Positions 19,537-27,984 of a stretch of 64,000 nt of DNA are shown piece after piece. A program made the translations under genes and the position numbers. Under the pieces are notes generated by a model. It saw nothing but the letters and a program-made list of their open reading frames with translations, had not been told where the DNA came from and did not search any database. Source of the stretch: Azonexus sp. (lineage in GTDB: Bacteria > Pseudomonadota > Gammaproteobacteria > Burkholderiales > Rhodocyclaceae); NCBI RefSeq assembly GCF_041909095.1, contig NZ_JAYREB010000003.1, forward strand, positions 136,826-200,825, given 5' to 3'. Each line of letters starts with the position of its first letter. Position 1 is the first letter of the stretch.

Positions 19537-20456
19537 TGCAGGTCATCCTTGCCAATCCCCGAGGCTTCTGTGCCGGTGTCGAACGCGCCATCACCATCGT
19601 CGAACGGGCACTGGAAAAGTTCGGTGCGCCGATCTACGTCCGCCACGAGGTGGTGCATAACAAGTTCGTCTGCGACGACCTGCGCGCCAAGGGCGCTGTT
19701 TTCATCGAGGAACTGGCTGAGGCCCCGGCCGGTAGCACGGTCATCTTCAGCGCCCACGGCGTTTCGCGCGCGGTGCGCGACGAGGCAGAACAGCGCGGCC
19801 TCAAGGTCTTCGACGCGACCTGTCCGCTGGTCACCAAGGTGCACCTGGAAGTCGGCCGCATGCGCAAGGGTGAGCGCGAGATCGTCATGATCGGCCACAA
19901 GGGCCACCCCGAGGTCGAAGGGACGATGGGGCAGAGCGATGGCGGCATGTATCTGGTCGAGACCGTCGATGATGTCGCGCAGCTGCAGGTCCGCCTGCCC
20001 GAACAGCTTTCCTACGTGACCCAGACGACGCTGTCGATGGATGACGCCCGTCGCGTCATCGACGCGCTACGCCAGCGTTTCCCGGCGATCCAGGGGCCGA
20101 AAAAGGACGACATCTGCTACGCCACGCAGAACCGCCAGGACGCGGTCAAGGCTTTGGCCGAACAATGCGATCTGGTCGTCGTCGTCGGCAGCCCGAACAG
20201 TTCGAACTCGCGCCGCCTGAAGGAAGTCGCCGCCGGCCGCGGCATCGACGCTTACCTGATCGACAGTGCCGTCGAGATCGAAGAAGCCTGGCTGGTCGGC
20301 AAGCAACGCATCGGCGTCACCGCTGGCGCCTCGGCGCCGGAAATCCTGGTCCAGCAGGTGGTTGATCGGCTCCGCGAGCTGACTGCTGCTGAAGTCGGGC
20401 AGTTGCCCGGCGGTGATGAAGGGGTTGCCTTCGCTTTGCCCAGGGAACTGGCCTGA
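19536..20456 (+). CDS. ispH: 4-hydroxy-3-methylbut-2-enyl diphosphate reductase
   Basis: [56 protein letters not shown] overlap with fkpB. Confidence 0.97.
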   Translation: MQVILANPRGFCAGVERAITIVERALEKFGAPIYVRHEVVHNKFVCDDLRAKGAVFIEELAEAPAGSTVIFSAHGVSRAVRDEAEQRGLKVFDATCPLVTKVHLEVGRMRKGEREIVMIGHKGHPEVEGTMGQSDGGMYLVETVDDVAQLQVRLPEQLSYVTQTTLSMDDARRVIDALRQRFPAIQGPKKDDICYATQNRQDAVKALAEQCDLVVVVGSPNSSNSRRLKEVAAGRGIDAYLIDSAVEIEEAWLVGKQRIGVTAGASAPEILVQQVVDRLRELTAAEVGQLPGGDEGVAFALPRELA

Positions 20457-20461
20457 AATCC

Positions 20462-20485
20462 GGGCGCCGGCATCAGCCGGCGCCC
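20462..20485. terminator. GC-rich stem-loop between convergent ispH and pilE
   Basis: GGGCGCCGGC-ATCA-GCCGGCGCCC perfect 10-bp stem. There is no clear U-tract, so the terminator role is tentative. Confidence 0.4.
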
Positions 20486-20496
20486 AAAGCACCCCA

Positions 20497-20889
20497 TTAC
20501 CAGCAATTTGCCGGCGTTTTGGCGCCAGTCTGATTAATGGTCAGGGTATCCTTGTTGCAGCCTTTCCCGCTGAGCTGATCACCAAGCGGTGTGGCCTGCA
20601 GGGCAAAAGTCGTGACGGTTGGAGCGGCACTGAATACAACGTTGTAAGAAGCTGCCGCAGTGCCCTGACAAGCTGGAGCTGGTGCTCCGACATAGGTCAT
20701 GTTGGGCGTCTTGTAGCGTTCCATCTGTTGCGCATGTTCCATCAGGCAGGACTGGATCGCTGCCCGCCGTGACGTGCGTGTGTGCTCGTTGTAGGCGGGC
20801 AGGGCAATCGACGCCAGGATGCCGATGATTGCCACGACGATCATGATTTCCACCAAAGTGAAGCCCTTGTTTTGCTGTTTCATGTTCAA
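20497..20889 (-). CDS. pilE: Type IV pilin-like protein PilE (minor/fimbrial pilin)
   Basis: Prepilin leader and N-methylation site KG|[25 protein letters not shown]-terminal Cys pair (GCNKD...ANCW). Confidence 0.85.
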   Translation of the reverse strand: MNMKQQNKGFTLVEIMIVVAIIGILASIALPAYNEHTRTSRRAAIQSCLMEHAQQMERYKTPNMTYVGAPAPACQGTAAASYNVVFSAAPTVTTFALQATPLGDQLSGKGCNKDTLTINQTGAKTPANCW

Positions 20890-23800
20890 TCAATCCCTGA
20901 TGATTTCGCGCCAGGAGAGGCGACCGCGCGGCTGGACGCCGGTGTTGACCCGCTGATGTCCCATGGTGGCACCATCCTGACTGTTCGTCTTGCCGCTGCC
21001 GCCGACAACGAGTTGGCCGGTTGAGGAGTCGCCGGTAAAGATCGCTGCCTGACTGACCATGCCGATATCCATGTCGAGCGAGCCGATCGCCGTACTACCG
21101 CTGTAGCTGCTGAAGAGGAAGAAGCTTTCGCTCAGGCTGCCGCCGGTGAAGGCATTGATCGCGTTCAGATAACCTGTACCGCCGGGCTGGCAGGGGTCGT
21201 CGGCGACCGGGACGTTGGAACTGACCAGCAGCACCGGTTCGGTGAAGCGATAGAAGGCGGATGGGGTAGTGATGCGTTCGCCTTGTGCCGTATTGGCGGG
21301 AGGCGTCAGCCAGTCGATGTACCAACCCTTCCAACCTGCCATGTCGTGCGATATGACATTGCCGTTGGTGTCGAACTGGATCACGGCAGGCTTGAAGCTG
21401 CGCACCGTCTTGCCTTCGACCGTGAAGACCGAATTCAGACCGCGTGGTTTCAAAAAGTTGCGACCGGCAATCGTCGTGCCTTCGTCAATGATTGCGTACC
21501 AGCTTTGCACCGCCTTGTCGGTGGGGTCGCCGTTGCGGAAATAGGCGCCGGTGCCGAAGAAGAGGAACAGCTTGCCAAGGTTGGGGTCGGTCCGCAGATA
21601 ATTTTTCGCCATCGTGATCTGCGACGTGATCGGTTGCAGATTGCCGGCGGCATCCTTGGCGACGAACATGGGGGCGCCGTTGTGGGCGACCTTCCACTGA
21701 TTGTCGTTGCTGCTGGTGACGTCGAATTTCCAGACATTGCCCTTGAGGTCGCCGGCGTAGATGTAGTCGACATAACCGTCGGCATTGGCATCGTAGACGC
21801 CGGGAGTTGCCAGGCCGTTGTCACCGGCAATGCCGGTACTGATCTTGCGGACGGCACCGGTTTCCAGATTGATGATGTAGAGAACCGCCTTGCCGTCGGT
21901 GCTGTTGTAGCCGTTGCCGACGATGGCGACGGTGGTGTCGTCGTTCATCTGAGCAATGATCGGCTTGCCGAGCATGTAACCGAGATCCTTGTCCGTCGTG
22001 CTGACGTATTCCCAGATAACATTGCCGGTGCCGAAGCTGGCCGGGGTCGTGATGTCGAGCGCGAACAAGCCCTTGCCGCCGCGACCCAGCGTGGCGACGG
22101 CGTAGGTCTTGTTCAGGAAGGTCTGCGATTTTTCACCGATGGCGATCTCGCCATCGACGAAGAACTTGTGACCATAGGTGGTCTGACTCAATTGCTCCAG
22201 CTTGCTGAGCATGGGGCTGGGGATGTAGGCGAACAATTCGACGCCGGTGTCAGCGCTGAAACCGTGCAGCATGCCGTCGTTCGCGCCAACCAGGACCAGT
22301 TTGCTGTCCTTCGAGTAATTTGGTGAGGAGTGAACGATGTCGCCAAGCAGCGAACCGCGGTTGCGCATGGTGCCGCCGTTCTGGACTTCCTTGCTGCGGT
22401 CGCCTCGAACGAAGGCGACGACGTCGCTGCTGACGAGTGCAGTTTGGTCGGTGGGGCTGAGGTTGCTCCAGAGGAACTCCTTGGCCGCGCTCCCGGATGT
22501 CGTGAAAATCTTGCGCAGGTTGTGGGCCGGGATTTTTTCCGAGGACTTCCAGGTGGGGGTAGTGGCAACGCCGCTGTCAGTAACCGCGTAGGCTTCCAGC
22601 TCGCCGGTCCACTTGTTGGTGTTGAAGTTGGCGCCGAAGACCAGCGAAGATGTCGTCAGCTTCGTGCTGTTGGTAGCCACCGATGCGGAAGAGCTCTTGC
22701 GGTTCACGATGTCGTTCAGCATGTCGGTCAGCGCATCGGCAAATTCCACCGGGTTCTGGGCGCTGAAGAAGGCGCCCCGGCTATTGACCGCCGCATGCAG
22801 CAGGTCGTCAATCTTGCCTGGGTTGCTGCTGGCGGGGTTGTTGGGCCAGGTGATGTTCTGCGCCGGATTGCCGATGGCATTGAAGGCAGTATCCGGATCG
22901 ACGCTGCCTTGCACCCCGAGGCCGACACCGAAAGTCACCATGTGCTGCCAGAAGGCCGGGTCACGGGTCGTGGTCGGCACGGCATTGACGAGACCGGTCG
23001 CCCCTGTGGATAGATCGTTTTTCCAGTAATAGGCGGCAACATCGGCCAGGGTGTCGGAATAGCCGTCGGTGAAAGGCGATTCACTGATGAACTGACCACT
23101 CTGGCCGTTCGGGCCGGTGTGCAGCGGTCCGTCGCTGTTATCCTGGTTGCCGGTTGCCGTATTCGCGGCAGCATCGTTCCAGTAGCCGTCGGTCATCAGG
23201 ATGGTGTAGCTCTGGCGGCAGGCGAGGCTCGTGCCGCCGGTGCTTCCCGGTGTTGAACTCCATGGTCCCCGGTCATCGTTCCAGCTGTAGTACTGTCCGA
23301 CATCGTCAAGTGCCCGGCGCAGCGGGGTGCCCTGGGCCGGAATGTTGTGGCTGTACAGATTGTTGAAAAAATTATTCCGATCGGTGCCGGAAAACTGACG
23401 TACCCCACTGATGATCGTCCGCCAGTTTGCGCCGTCAACCGCAGTGCTGGCTTTGTTGATTGCGCCGAAACCGACGCGCAATCCCGTTCCCTGACTGAAG
23501 AAGGCCTTGCCGATACCGGCGCGGGCGGTCAGGACGCGCGAGCGGTAATAGGTGTACCAGTTGGCAAAATTCTGGATTTCCTGGTTGTAAGTGCAGACGC
23601 CATTGGTACAGTCGGTGCGCTTGTCGCGCCCCTCACCGGAATAGGTTGCGGTGGCGGGCTGTATCGTTACCTGGGTGTAGTTGTTGATGTTCCAGATGCC
23701 GCCACCGTTGTAGCGGAAGTAGGTGGCAGGCCAGAAATTCCGGTTATTTGTATCAAAATTACAATTGTTCGCCGCGGTGCAGCTGATCCAGCTGTTGCCA

Positions 23801-24351
23801 TTGAAATTGGTGTTATTGACCGTCAGATTGCGGCAAAAGGCAGCGCCTACCCCGCTTCTCATCGGGTTGTGCAACGCGCAGGTTGTTGAAGCCGGGCCAA
23901 AAACCTGGGTGCCGTTAGGGCTCCATGGGGTATAGGTCACCGACGGGTTGTAGTAGACCGAGTTGATTTGTGGGGAACGCGCCAGTCGGGCATAGGGGTT
24001 GTTCCAGTCGACGGTGACGACGGCATTGGTGTAGTCACTTGGTCCGTAAACGTTGTCAGCACGCGGGAAAACGTAATAGGCGGTGCCGCCAGCCCAGACC
24101 CATCCCACATTATTGACCCAGACCCACTGGCCTTGGGCAGTCAGTGTGTACTCGTCTGGCATGATTTCAAAATGCATCGAACCCGAGTCGTCAAGGATCA
24201 TCATGACGTTCGGGTCGGCTGAGGTGCCGGTCTGCAGTGGCGTGTCCGGAATGTTGAGGGCGGCGTGGCCGAGCGAGAACGTGGCCAGGGTGAGCCCGGT
24301 CAGCGAGAGTCTGCGCAGGCTGCGGATCAAGTCGGTGCGGCGTTGGTTCAT
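20890..24351 (-). CDS. pilY1: Type IV pilus tip-associated adhesin/biogenesis factor PilY1 (PilC family)
   Basis: 1153 aa with a signal peptide. N-terminal vWA-like region with a MIDAS-type DDSGSM. C-terminal beta-propeller with the PilY1 calcium-loop-like DANADGYVD followed by GDLKGNVWKFD. Confidence 0.9.
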   Translation of the reverse strand: MNQRRTDLIRSLRRLSLTGLTLATFSLGHAALNIPDTPLQTGTSADPNVMMILDDSGSMHFEIMPDEYTLTAQGQWVWVNNVGWVWAGGTAYYVFPRADNVYGPSDYTNAVVTVDWNNPYARLARSPQINSVYYNPSVTYTPWSPNGTQVFGPASTTCALHNPMRSGVGAAFCRNLTVNNTNFNGNSWISCTAANNCNFDTNNRNFWPATYFRYNGGGIWNINNYTQVTIQPATATYSGEGRDKRTDCTNGVCTYNQEIQNFANWYTYYRSRVLTARAGIGKAFFSQGTGLRVGFGAINKASTAVDGANWRTIISGVRQFSGTDRNNFFNNLYSHNIPAQGTPLRRALDDVGQYYSWNDDRGPWSSTPGSTGGTSLACRQSYTILMTDGYWNDAAANTATGNQDNSDGPLHTGPNGQSGQFISESPFTDGYSDTLADVAAYYWKNDLSTGATGLVNAVPTTTRDPAFWQHMVTFGVGLGVQGSVDPDTAFNAIGNPAQNITWPNNPASSNPGKIDDLLHAAVNSRGAFFSAQNPVEFADALTDMLNDIVNRKSSSASVATNSTKLTTSSLVFGANFNTNKWTGELEAYAVTDSGVATTPTWKSSEKIPAHNLRKIFTTSGSAAKEFLWSNLSPTDQTALVSSDVVAFVRGDRSKEVQNGGTMRNRGSLLGDIVHSSPNYSKDSKLVLVGANDGMLHGFSADTGVELFAYIPSPMLSKLEQLSQTTYGHKFFVDGEIAIGEKSQTFLNKTYAVATLGRGGKGLFALDITTPASFGTGNVIWEYVSTTDKDLGYMLGKPIIAQMNDDTTVAIVGNGYNSTDGKAVLYIINLETGAVRKISTGIAGDNGLATPGVYDANADGYVDYIYAGDLKGNVWKFDVTSSNDNQWKVAHNGAPMFVAKDAAGNLQPITSQITMAKNYLRTDPNLGKLFLFFGTGAYFRNGDPTDKAVQSWYAIIDEGTTIAGRNFLKPRGLNSVFTVEGKTVRSFKPAVIQFDTNGNVISHDMAGWKGWYIDWLTPPANTAQGERITTPSAFYRFTEPVLLVSSNVPVADDPCQPGGTGYLNAINAFTGGSLSESFFLFSSYSGSTAIGSLDMDIGMVSQAAIFTGDSSTGQLVVGGSGKTNSQDGATMGHQRVNTGVQPRGRLSWREIIRD

Positions 24352-24381
24352 GATGGTTTCCTCGGTACTGGCACGTTGGAA

Positions 24382-24981
24382 TCAGCGTGTGAAGAAGACG
24401 GACTGGAGAATGACGTTGGCGCGACCGTCGCCAGGGTTGCTGATGCCGGTGACGCGGAAGCGATGGCAGGAACAGTCCTGTTCGACTGCGGTACAGGAAT
24501 CGTACTTCTTGTCAGGATTGAGCCCGGGATAGCAGGGGGCATCGCCACCCAGGTATTCGATCAGAAAGCGCGGGGCGTTGCCGGCCACGGTGCCCAGGTT
24601 GGTCGCCAGCGGTGTCGCAGCGGCCATCAGCGTGCTCATGTCGACATCGGCAGCCCAGTTGGGAGGGCAGTTGCGACTGGGGGTCGGAATATAGCCGGCC
24701 TGGGCAGCGGCGAGCGGTGCGCAGGGAATGTCCGCCGGTTCGCTACCGGGGGCCAGCGAGATGGCTGCCTGTTCGCCGGCACGCAGGGCGGCCTCGGCAG
24801 CCTGGAAGGCCAGGCTCTGGTCATAGGCGATGGTGCTCATTTTCTCTTCGAGGGCGATCCCGCGGATGCCGGAAATTCCTAGAATGCTCATGAGCACGAG
24901 CATGATCAGGGCGACGAAGAGGACGATGCCGCGTTGTCTGGCCGGCGGCATTTGCGAAACTGGCTTGAACTTGGTCTTCAT
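24382..24981 (-). CDS. pilX: Type IV pilus minor pilin PilX
   Basis: PilX N-terminal pattern RQRGIVLFVALIMLVLMSILGISG...EEKMS. Positioned between pilW and pilY1. Confidence 0.75.
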   Translation of the reverse strand: MKTKFKPVSQMPPARQRGIVLFVALIMLVLMSILGISGIRGIALEEKMSTIAYDQSLAFQAAEAALRAGEQAAISLAPGSEPADIPCAPLAAAQAGYIPTPSRNCPPNWAADVDMSTLMAAATPLATNLGTVAGNAPRFLIEYLGGDAPCYPGLNPDKKYDSCTAVEQDCSCHRFRVTGISNPGDGRANVILQSVFFTR

Positions 24982-26009
24982 AGGACTTCCCGCGAGCGAA
25001 TCTGAACGATGCTGGAAACCTGGCGCTCAATGGTGTTTGCCGGGCAGACGGTGACTGGGCCGGGGTTCTGGATGGTGCCGGGGCCGCACAGGGTGAGGGT
25101 GACTTCGACGGCAGCCACCGGATCGTTGTCGGTGATCAGCCATTCGGCGTCGGTCGGCATGGCGGCCACGGAACTGGCGGCCAGGGCGTTGCTGATGCGG
25201 TTGCGGCGCAGATAGCGCAGTTGCATGTCGTAGACGTTGTCGACCATTTCGACATCGGCAACCGGGATTTCCGACAGGGCGCGGCGATACAAGGAACGGC
25301 CGCCGCGCGGGTTGGTGCCGATGAACCAGAAACCGCTTTCGCTCGAGGCCAGCGACCCGCCGTCGAAATTCTTGTAAACGTCCTTGCCGACGCAAGGTGT
25401 GTCGGTATAACCCAGCCCCTTGGTGCAGTTGCCCGGCGCGCCGGTTCCCGTGTTGTGCACGACGGTGGAGTTGCCGTCCTGCAGGTTGGTGATCTGGAGC
25501 ACTGCAGCATTCTCCTTGCCGCAGGCCAGCACGATGTCTCCTGCGGCAAGGCTGTGGGGAACCGTGATCTTGAACTGGGCAGATTTGGGGTTGTGTCCAT
25601 AAATGCCCAAGGTCTCGTCACCGCTGCGGGTCAGCAGCAAGGCGTCGGTATTGGCCACCCGGTTCGCCGGATTGCCACCGATCAGCGTCGCCGCCTGGGC
25701 GCCATCGTAACCACGGATCGGCGTATTCCAATAGAGGCCGACGCTTGCCGCCGCCGGGTTTACCGTGCTGACCAGCGGCAGGGCACCACAGGGATTGCTG
25801 CCGACTTCGCGGATTTCGCGTGCCAGCAGATCGACCGAGATGCGGGCGCCTTTCTGGATGTCGGCAAGGCTTTCGGTGCTCCGGAAAGTGTGCTGGTTGG
25901 AGAGCAGGATGCCGGCTGCGCCGAGCATCAGGATCAGGCCGACGGCCATGGAGACCATCAGCTCGATCAGGGAAAGGCCTTTTTGCGGGTGGGTGGCGGT
26001 TGTTCTCAT
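24978..26009 (-). CDS. pilW: Type IV pilus minor pilin PilW
   Basis: KGLSLIELMVSMAVGLILM prepilin-type N-terminus; 343 aa. ATGA overlaps on both sides. Confidence 0.85.
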   Translation of the reverse strand: MRTTATHPQKGLSLIELMVSMAVGLILMLGAAGILLSNQHTFRSTESLADIQKGARISVDLLAREIREVGSNPCGALPLVSTVNPAAASVGLYWNTPIRGYDGAQAATLIGGNPANRVANTDALLLTRSGDETLGIYGHNPKSAQFKITVPHSLAAGDIVLACGKENAAVLQITNLQDGNSTVVHNTGTGAPGNCTKGLGYTDTPCVGKDVYKNFDGGSLASSESGFWFIGTNPRGGRSLYRRALSEIPVADVEMVDNVYDMQLRYLRRNRISNALAASSVAAMPTDAEWLITDNDPVAAVEVTLTLCGPGTIQNPGPVTVCPANTIERQVSSIVQIRSREVL

Positions 26010-26464
26010 AGCCGGCTGCTCGTGGCGAGGGTTTCGGTAGCGCTGCCGCCGGCGCTGGTGTCATCCCAGCGTACCGATACGGTGCACAGTGTGTCGGTGC
26101 CGGTAGGGGCGCAGGCGATCTGTCCGCAGGTGGTAGCGGCGTTGCCGAGGGCGTTCTTCAGTCCTTGTATCCAGTCGCGTTGAGCATTGGCCATTCGGCT
26201 ACCGCCATTCGGGACGGCGCAGGTCATGGCCATCGAGTAGTTGGCGGCGTTCTGACGGTCTGCCCGGATGGCGTCAAACATGTAGTTGCTCATGATCACC
26301 GCCTGGCTGCGTTGCACGCTGCTCTGGCCGCCCTTGAGCGCCCGCATCTGCAGTCCGGCCATGCCGAGTGCGCCGATGGCCAGGACGACCACGGCAACCA
26401 GGACTTCAATCAGGCTGATGCCGCCCTGTCGTCTGAAGCTTGTTTTGTTGTGGGGAAGATTCAT
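26006..26464 (-). CDS. pilV: Type IV pilus minor pilin PilV
   Basis: GGISLIEVLVAVVVLAIGALGMAGLQ is the typical PilV N-terminus; 152 aa. Confidence 0.85.
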   Translation of the reverse strand: MNLPHNKTSFRRQGGISLIEVLVAVVVLAIGALGMAGLQMRALKGGQSSVQRSQAVIMSNYMFDAIRADRQNAANYSMAMTCAVPNGGSRMANAQRDWIQGLKNALGNAATTCGQIACAPTGTDTLCTVSVRWDDTSAGGSATETLATSSRL

Positions 26465-26473
26465 CGCTGGAGC

Positions 26474-26953
26474 TCACTGGTTGATGAGAATGACCTTGCC
26501 ACTGCCCAGGATTTCTATCTTGCGTGTCGTGGTCGAGTAGGCAGTGGACTTGATCTCGATGGCCTTGCTGGTCGTTGTTTCTCCGAGCTTGCCGTCGGGC
26601 TGGAAACGGAGGTTGGTGAAGGTGCTGGTGACGGCTACTTTGGCGTCGGTGCCAAGCAGTGCCGAGACCACGACGTTGGCGCTGTCGCTGGTTGGGGCGA
26701 CGCTCCAGCGCTGACCGTCGGTCACGCTGGTGATGGTGATGCTGACCGGGACCTGACGGTTCCTGGCTTCTGCTTGGGCGATGGAGAGCAGTTCGAGGAT
26801 TTCGTTGGTGGCGGCACTTACCCGGTTGCCAGCGATCATGCCCTGATAGGCTGGCGCGGCAAGGCTGGCCAGAATGGCCAGAATGGCAACGGCGACCATC
26901 ATCTCGATCAAGGTGAAGCCTGATGCTCGCTGGCGATGGAGAGTGATGTTCAA
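26474..26953 (-). CDS. fimU: GspH/FimT/FimU-family minor pilin
   Basis: SGFTLIEMMVAVAILAILASLAAPAY plus a GspH-like beta domain. There is no in-frame ATG, so I chose TTG at 26953 with GAGAGG upstream. First gene of the fimU-pilVWXY1E-type operon. Confidence 0.75.
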   Translation of the reverse strand: MNITLHRQRASGFTLIEMMVAVAILAILASLAAPAYQGMIAGNRVSAATNEILELLSIAQAEARNRQVPVSITITSVTDGQRWSVAPTSDSANVVVSALLGTDAKVAVTSTFTNLRFQPDGKLGETTTSKAIEIKSTAYSTTTRKIEILGSGKVILINQ

Positions 26954-27081
26954 GATGGCCTCTCGGTGAATCGGATTATGACAGACGGAGTGTAGTTGCG
27001 AGTTTTCGTGCCGAGAAGAACCAGGTGGCGAAAGGTTGTTGTGGGCGGATAAGCGGTAATTGCTGAAGATTTCCGTTGCGC

Positions 27082-27109
27082 TTGCATGTGTCGGTTTTTG
27101 TGTTAAAAT
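27082..27109 (+). promoter_or_regulatory. Putative sigma70 promoter of rpsT
   Basis: TTGCAT (27082-27087), 16-nt spacer, TAAAAT (27104-27109), about 38 nt upstream of the rpsT ATG. Confidence 0.5.
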
Positions 27110-27146
27110 CGCCGGCTTTAGTTCATTACTTACCTGGATTCCATTC

Positions 27147-27422
27147 ATGGCCAACAGCGCACAAGCCCGCAAGCGCGCCCGTCAAGCTGACAAGCAGCGC
27201 GCCCACAACGCAAGCCTGCGTTCGACCCTGCGTACCGCGATCAAGAGCGTGCGCAAGGCGATCCTCGCCGGCGACAAAGCCGCCGCACAAGGCGTTTTCC
27301 AGCAGTCCGTGTCGGTCATCGACCGCATTGCCGACAAGAAGATCGTGCACAAGAACGCAGTTTCCCGCACCAAGAGCCGCCTCTCGGCTCAGATCAAGGC
27401 GATGGGCGTTGCCGTTGCCTGA
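27147..27422 (+). CDS. rpsT: 30S ribosomal protein S20
   Basis: [33 protein letters not shown]... is canonical S20. ATG at 27147 within ORF 27060..27422. Confidence 0.95.
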   Translation: MANSAQARKRARQADKQRAHNASLRSTLRTAIKSVRKAILAGDKAAAQGVFQQSVSVIDRIADKKIVHKNAVSRTKSRLSAQIKAMGVAVA

Positions 27423-27438
27423 TTGACGCGTCCTGCTC

Positions 27439-27473
27439 AATGAAAATGGCGCCTGCGGGCGCCATTTTCATTG
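27439..27473. terminator. Bidirectional terminator between rpsT and the downstream minus-strand ORF
   Basis: AATGAAAATGGCGCC-TGCG-GGCGCCATTTTCATT: perfect 15-bp arms with A/T-rich flanks on both sides. Confidence 0.75.
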
Positions 27474-27485
27474 CTCTGCCAGTTT

Positions 27486-27785
27486 CTATTTCTTGCCGTC
27501 CAGCGGGCAGACGCCGTCGATGATCTGCAGATCGTTGTCCTGGGCGAAGTTGAGCATGAAGCGGTAGGCCATCGGCTCAATCTCGCCGAGGCGGCCATCG
27601 ACGAAGACAGCCTTGTCGCCGTTGTAGTCACCGGGCCCGACATACGGCGAGTAACGCATCTTGCGTTCGGCGCCGAACGCCGACATGACGCCACAGAGGC
27701 GTTCGGCCCAGTCGCTGGGCCGGAATTTCCTGCCATCCTTGGTCACGCCGACGATGACGAAGGTGGTCGATTCTTGAGTTGTCAT
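27486..27785 (-). CDS. Conserved small protein (DUF3579-like, name recalled from memory)
   Basis: 99-aa ORF with good coding character (MTTQESTTFVIVGVTKDGRKFRPSDWAERLCG...). I recall betaproteobacterial small proteins of this type next to rpsT, but could not verify the family name. Confidence 0.45.
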   Translation of the reverse strand: MTTQESTTFVIVGVTKDGRKFRPSDWAERLCGVMSAFGAERKMRYSPYVGPGDYNGDKAVFVDGRLGEIEPMAYRFMLNFAQDNDLQIIDGVCPLDGKK

Positions 27786-27926
27786 TGTGTACTCTGCTTA
27801 TAGGGGATGCGACCTTGCGTGTCCGCGCATTCTAGCAGAAGCGGGTGGTCTTACCATATCTGCGGGCCCCGGCCGGTGAGCCGCCAAGGCGCCCGGGGCG
27901 GGCGTTTGCGCTGGAAGCGCGGATGC

Positions 27927-27962
27927 AAAAAGGCCCATCGACCGCAGTCGATGGGCCTTTTT
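27927..27962. terminator. Terminator downstream of nrdJ (works on both strands)
   Basis: AAAA-AGGCCCATCGAC-CGCA-GTCGATGGGCCT-TTTT: 12-bp stem flanked by A and T runs. Confidence 0.75.
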
Positions 27963-27984
27963 GCTGCTGCTTTGCGCTATCCGT

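Noticed and set aside
1974-20456. A dedicated isoprenoid supercluster, since dxs, ispA and ispH all fall in one window
   Set aside because: Each sits in its own widely conserved operon context (xseB-ispA-dxs; ribF-ileS-lspA-fkpB-ispH), separated by unrelated genes. The co-occurrence is ordinary chromosomal proximity.
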